DNA from: Phycisphaeraceae bacterium
GTDB lineage: Bacteria > Planctomycetota > Phycisphaerae > Phycisphaerales > Phycisphaeraceae
Assembly (NCBI GenBank): GCA_002686995.1
Contig: NYZC01000403.1
Location: 20,109-84,108 of the forward strand
Length of the DNA: 64,000 nucleotides
Direction: 5' to 3'
Position numbers and translations under genes: made by a program. The notes beneath the pieces were generated by a model, which was not told the DNA's origin, did not search any database, and saw only the letters and a program-made list of their open reading frames with translations. Below are positions 63,189 to 64,000 of this stretch, in pieces (position 1 is the first letter of the stretch; each line of letters begins with the position of its first letter).

Positions 63189-64000
63189 ATGAACAGCCGA
63201 GAACGTCTCCTGACGGCACTGACCTGCGAAACGCCGGATCGCGTACCGGTCAATACCTATGAGCTGGACGGCCTGAATACACAGAGCTGGTACAACCAGC
63301 AGCCCAGCTACCAGGCGCTGATGAACTTCATCCGCGCTCACAGCGACTGCATCGCCAACTGGGACGCCGCGACCGGAGACCAGGTGCTCAGCGGCGACAA
63401 CACGTACATCCTCGGCTCATCGCATCCTGTGCCGATCGACTGCACCGTCGAGCGCGACGGGACGCGGGAACGTTCGACGTGGATGATGCACACGCCCAGG
63501 GGCGACCTTCGCCGCGTGCTCGAGCGCGACGACCGCGTGCAGACCACGTGGGTCATCGAGCACTGGTGCAAGTCCGTCGAGGATGTGGACAAGGCGCTGA
63601 GCGTGCGGTTCGAGCCGATCGAGTATGACGCCGGCGATTATCCGCGCATCAGGGAGGAGGTCGGGGACCGCGGGCTGATCATGTCGTCTCTGTCCGACCC
63701 GGCGTACCTGGCCGCAGACCTGATGTCGTTCCAGGATTACACGACGTGGGCGTACGAGCATCCCGACCATTTCGCGAGGGCGGTGGACGTGACGGCGCCA
63801 CGGGTGATGGAGAACCTTCGGCGAATGCTCGAGGCGTGCGTGGTGGATCTCTATCGCATCTGCGGGCCGGAGTACATGACGCCTCCCTATTTGCCGCCGG
63901 CCTACTTCGAAAGATTCATGTCCCCGCACATCACGGCCATGACGGAGATGATCCACCAGTTCGGGGGCTACGTGCGCCTGCATTGCCACGGGAGGATCAG
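63189..64000 (+). CDS. Uroporphyrinogen-decarboxylase (URO-D) family protein, 3'-truncated by the window end
   Basis: My own translation gives an open frame from the ATG at 63189 to the window end: MNSRERLLTALTCETPDRVPVNTYEL ... FERFMSPHITAMTEMIHQFGGYVRLHCHGRI. The N-terminal RERLL..L..E..DRVPV and the late HCHG are typical of URO-D/MtaA-like TIM barrels. It is not in the ORF track because no stop occurs within the window. Confidence 0.6.
   Translation, partial: MNSRERLLTALTCETPDRVPVNTYELDGLNTQSWYNQQPSYQALMNFIRAHSDCIANWDAATGDQVLSGDNTYILGSSHPVPIDCTVERDGTRERSTWMMHTPRGDLRRVLERDDRVQTTWVIEHWCKSVEDVDKALSVRFEPIEYDAGDYPRIREEVGDRGLIMSSLSDPAYLAADLMSFQDYTTWAYEHPDHFARAVDVTAPRVMENLRRMLEACVVDLYRICGPEYMTPPYLPPAYFERFMSPHITAMTEMIHQFGGYVRLHCHGRI

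Overview
High-GC (about two-thirds G+C) bacterial chromosomal window. The giant-protein N-terminal motif 'LEPRVLL' and an orphan mraZ suggest a Planctomycetota-like organism, but this is inference only. About 45 CDS are supported. Most are housekeeping: a complete mrpA-G Na+/H+ antiporter operon, ribB-type gene, M16 peptidase, trxA, cca, dedA, yggS, priA, mutS, moaE, nth, M28 peptidase, a TRAP transporter, mraZ, and an ABC permease. Two regions stand out. (1) 25.9-43.2 kb, all on the minus strand: a GAF-HlyD adaptor, an M50 metalloprotease fused to an HlyD-like adaptor with a PqqD/RRE-like N-terminus, and a SecA homologue whose ATPase motifs are destroyed. These sit directly upstream of a 3,511-aa RTX (GGxGxD) protein, which is followed by a Thr-type alkaline-phosphatase-superfamily enzyme and a GT4 glycosyltransferase. 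No ABC exporter or TolC is present in the window. (2) 11.4-19.4 kb: a QueD-type 6-carboxytetrahydropterin synthase gene lies 4 nt upstream of a 2,542-aa two-module NRPS. Its starter A domain lacks the alpha-amino-binding Asp and is interrupted by a SAM methyltransferase. A guanine-deaminase-like CDA-fold domain is inserted between PCP1 and the C domain. Together these suggest, speculatively, a pterin/lumazine-carboxamide peptide. Also present are two intergenic palindromic repeat families, a 12-copy 7/8-bp tandem repeat upstream of mutS, and a terminator-capped non-coding stretch after mraZ. No rRNA, tRNA, CRISPR array, transposase or prophage genes were recognised. The many long overlapping antisense ORFs in the track are high-GC artefacts.
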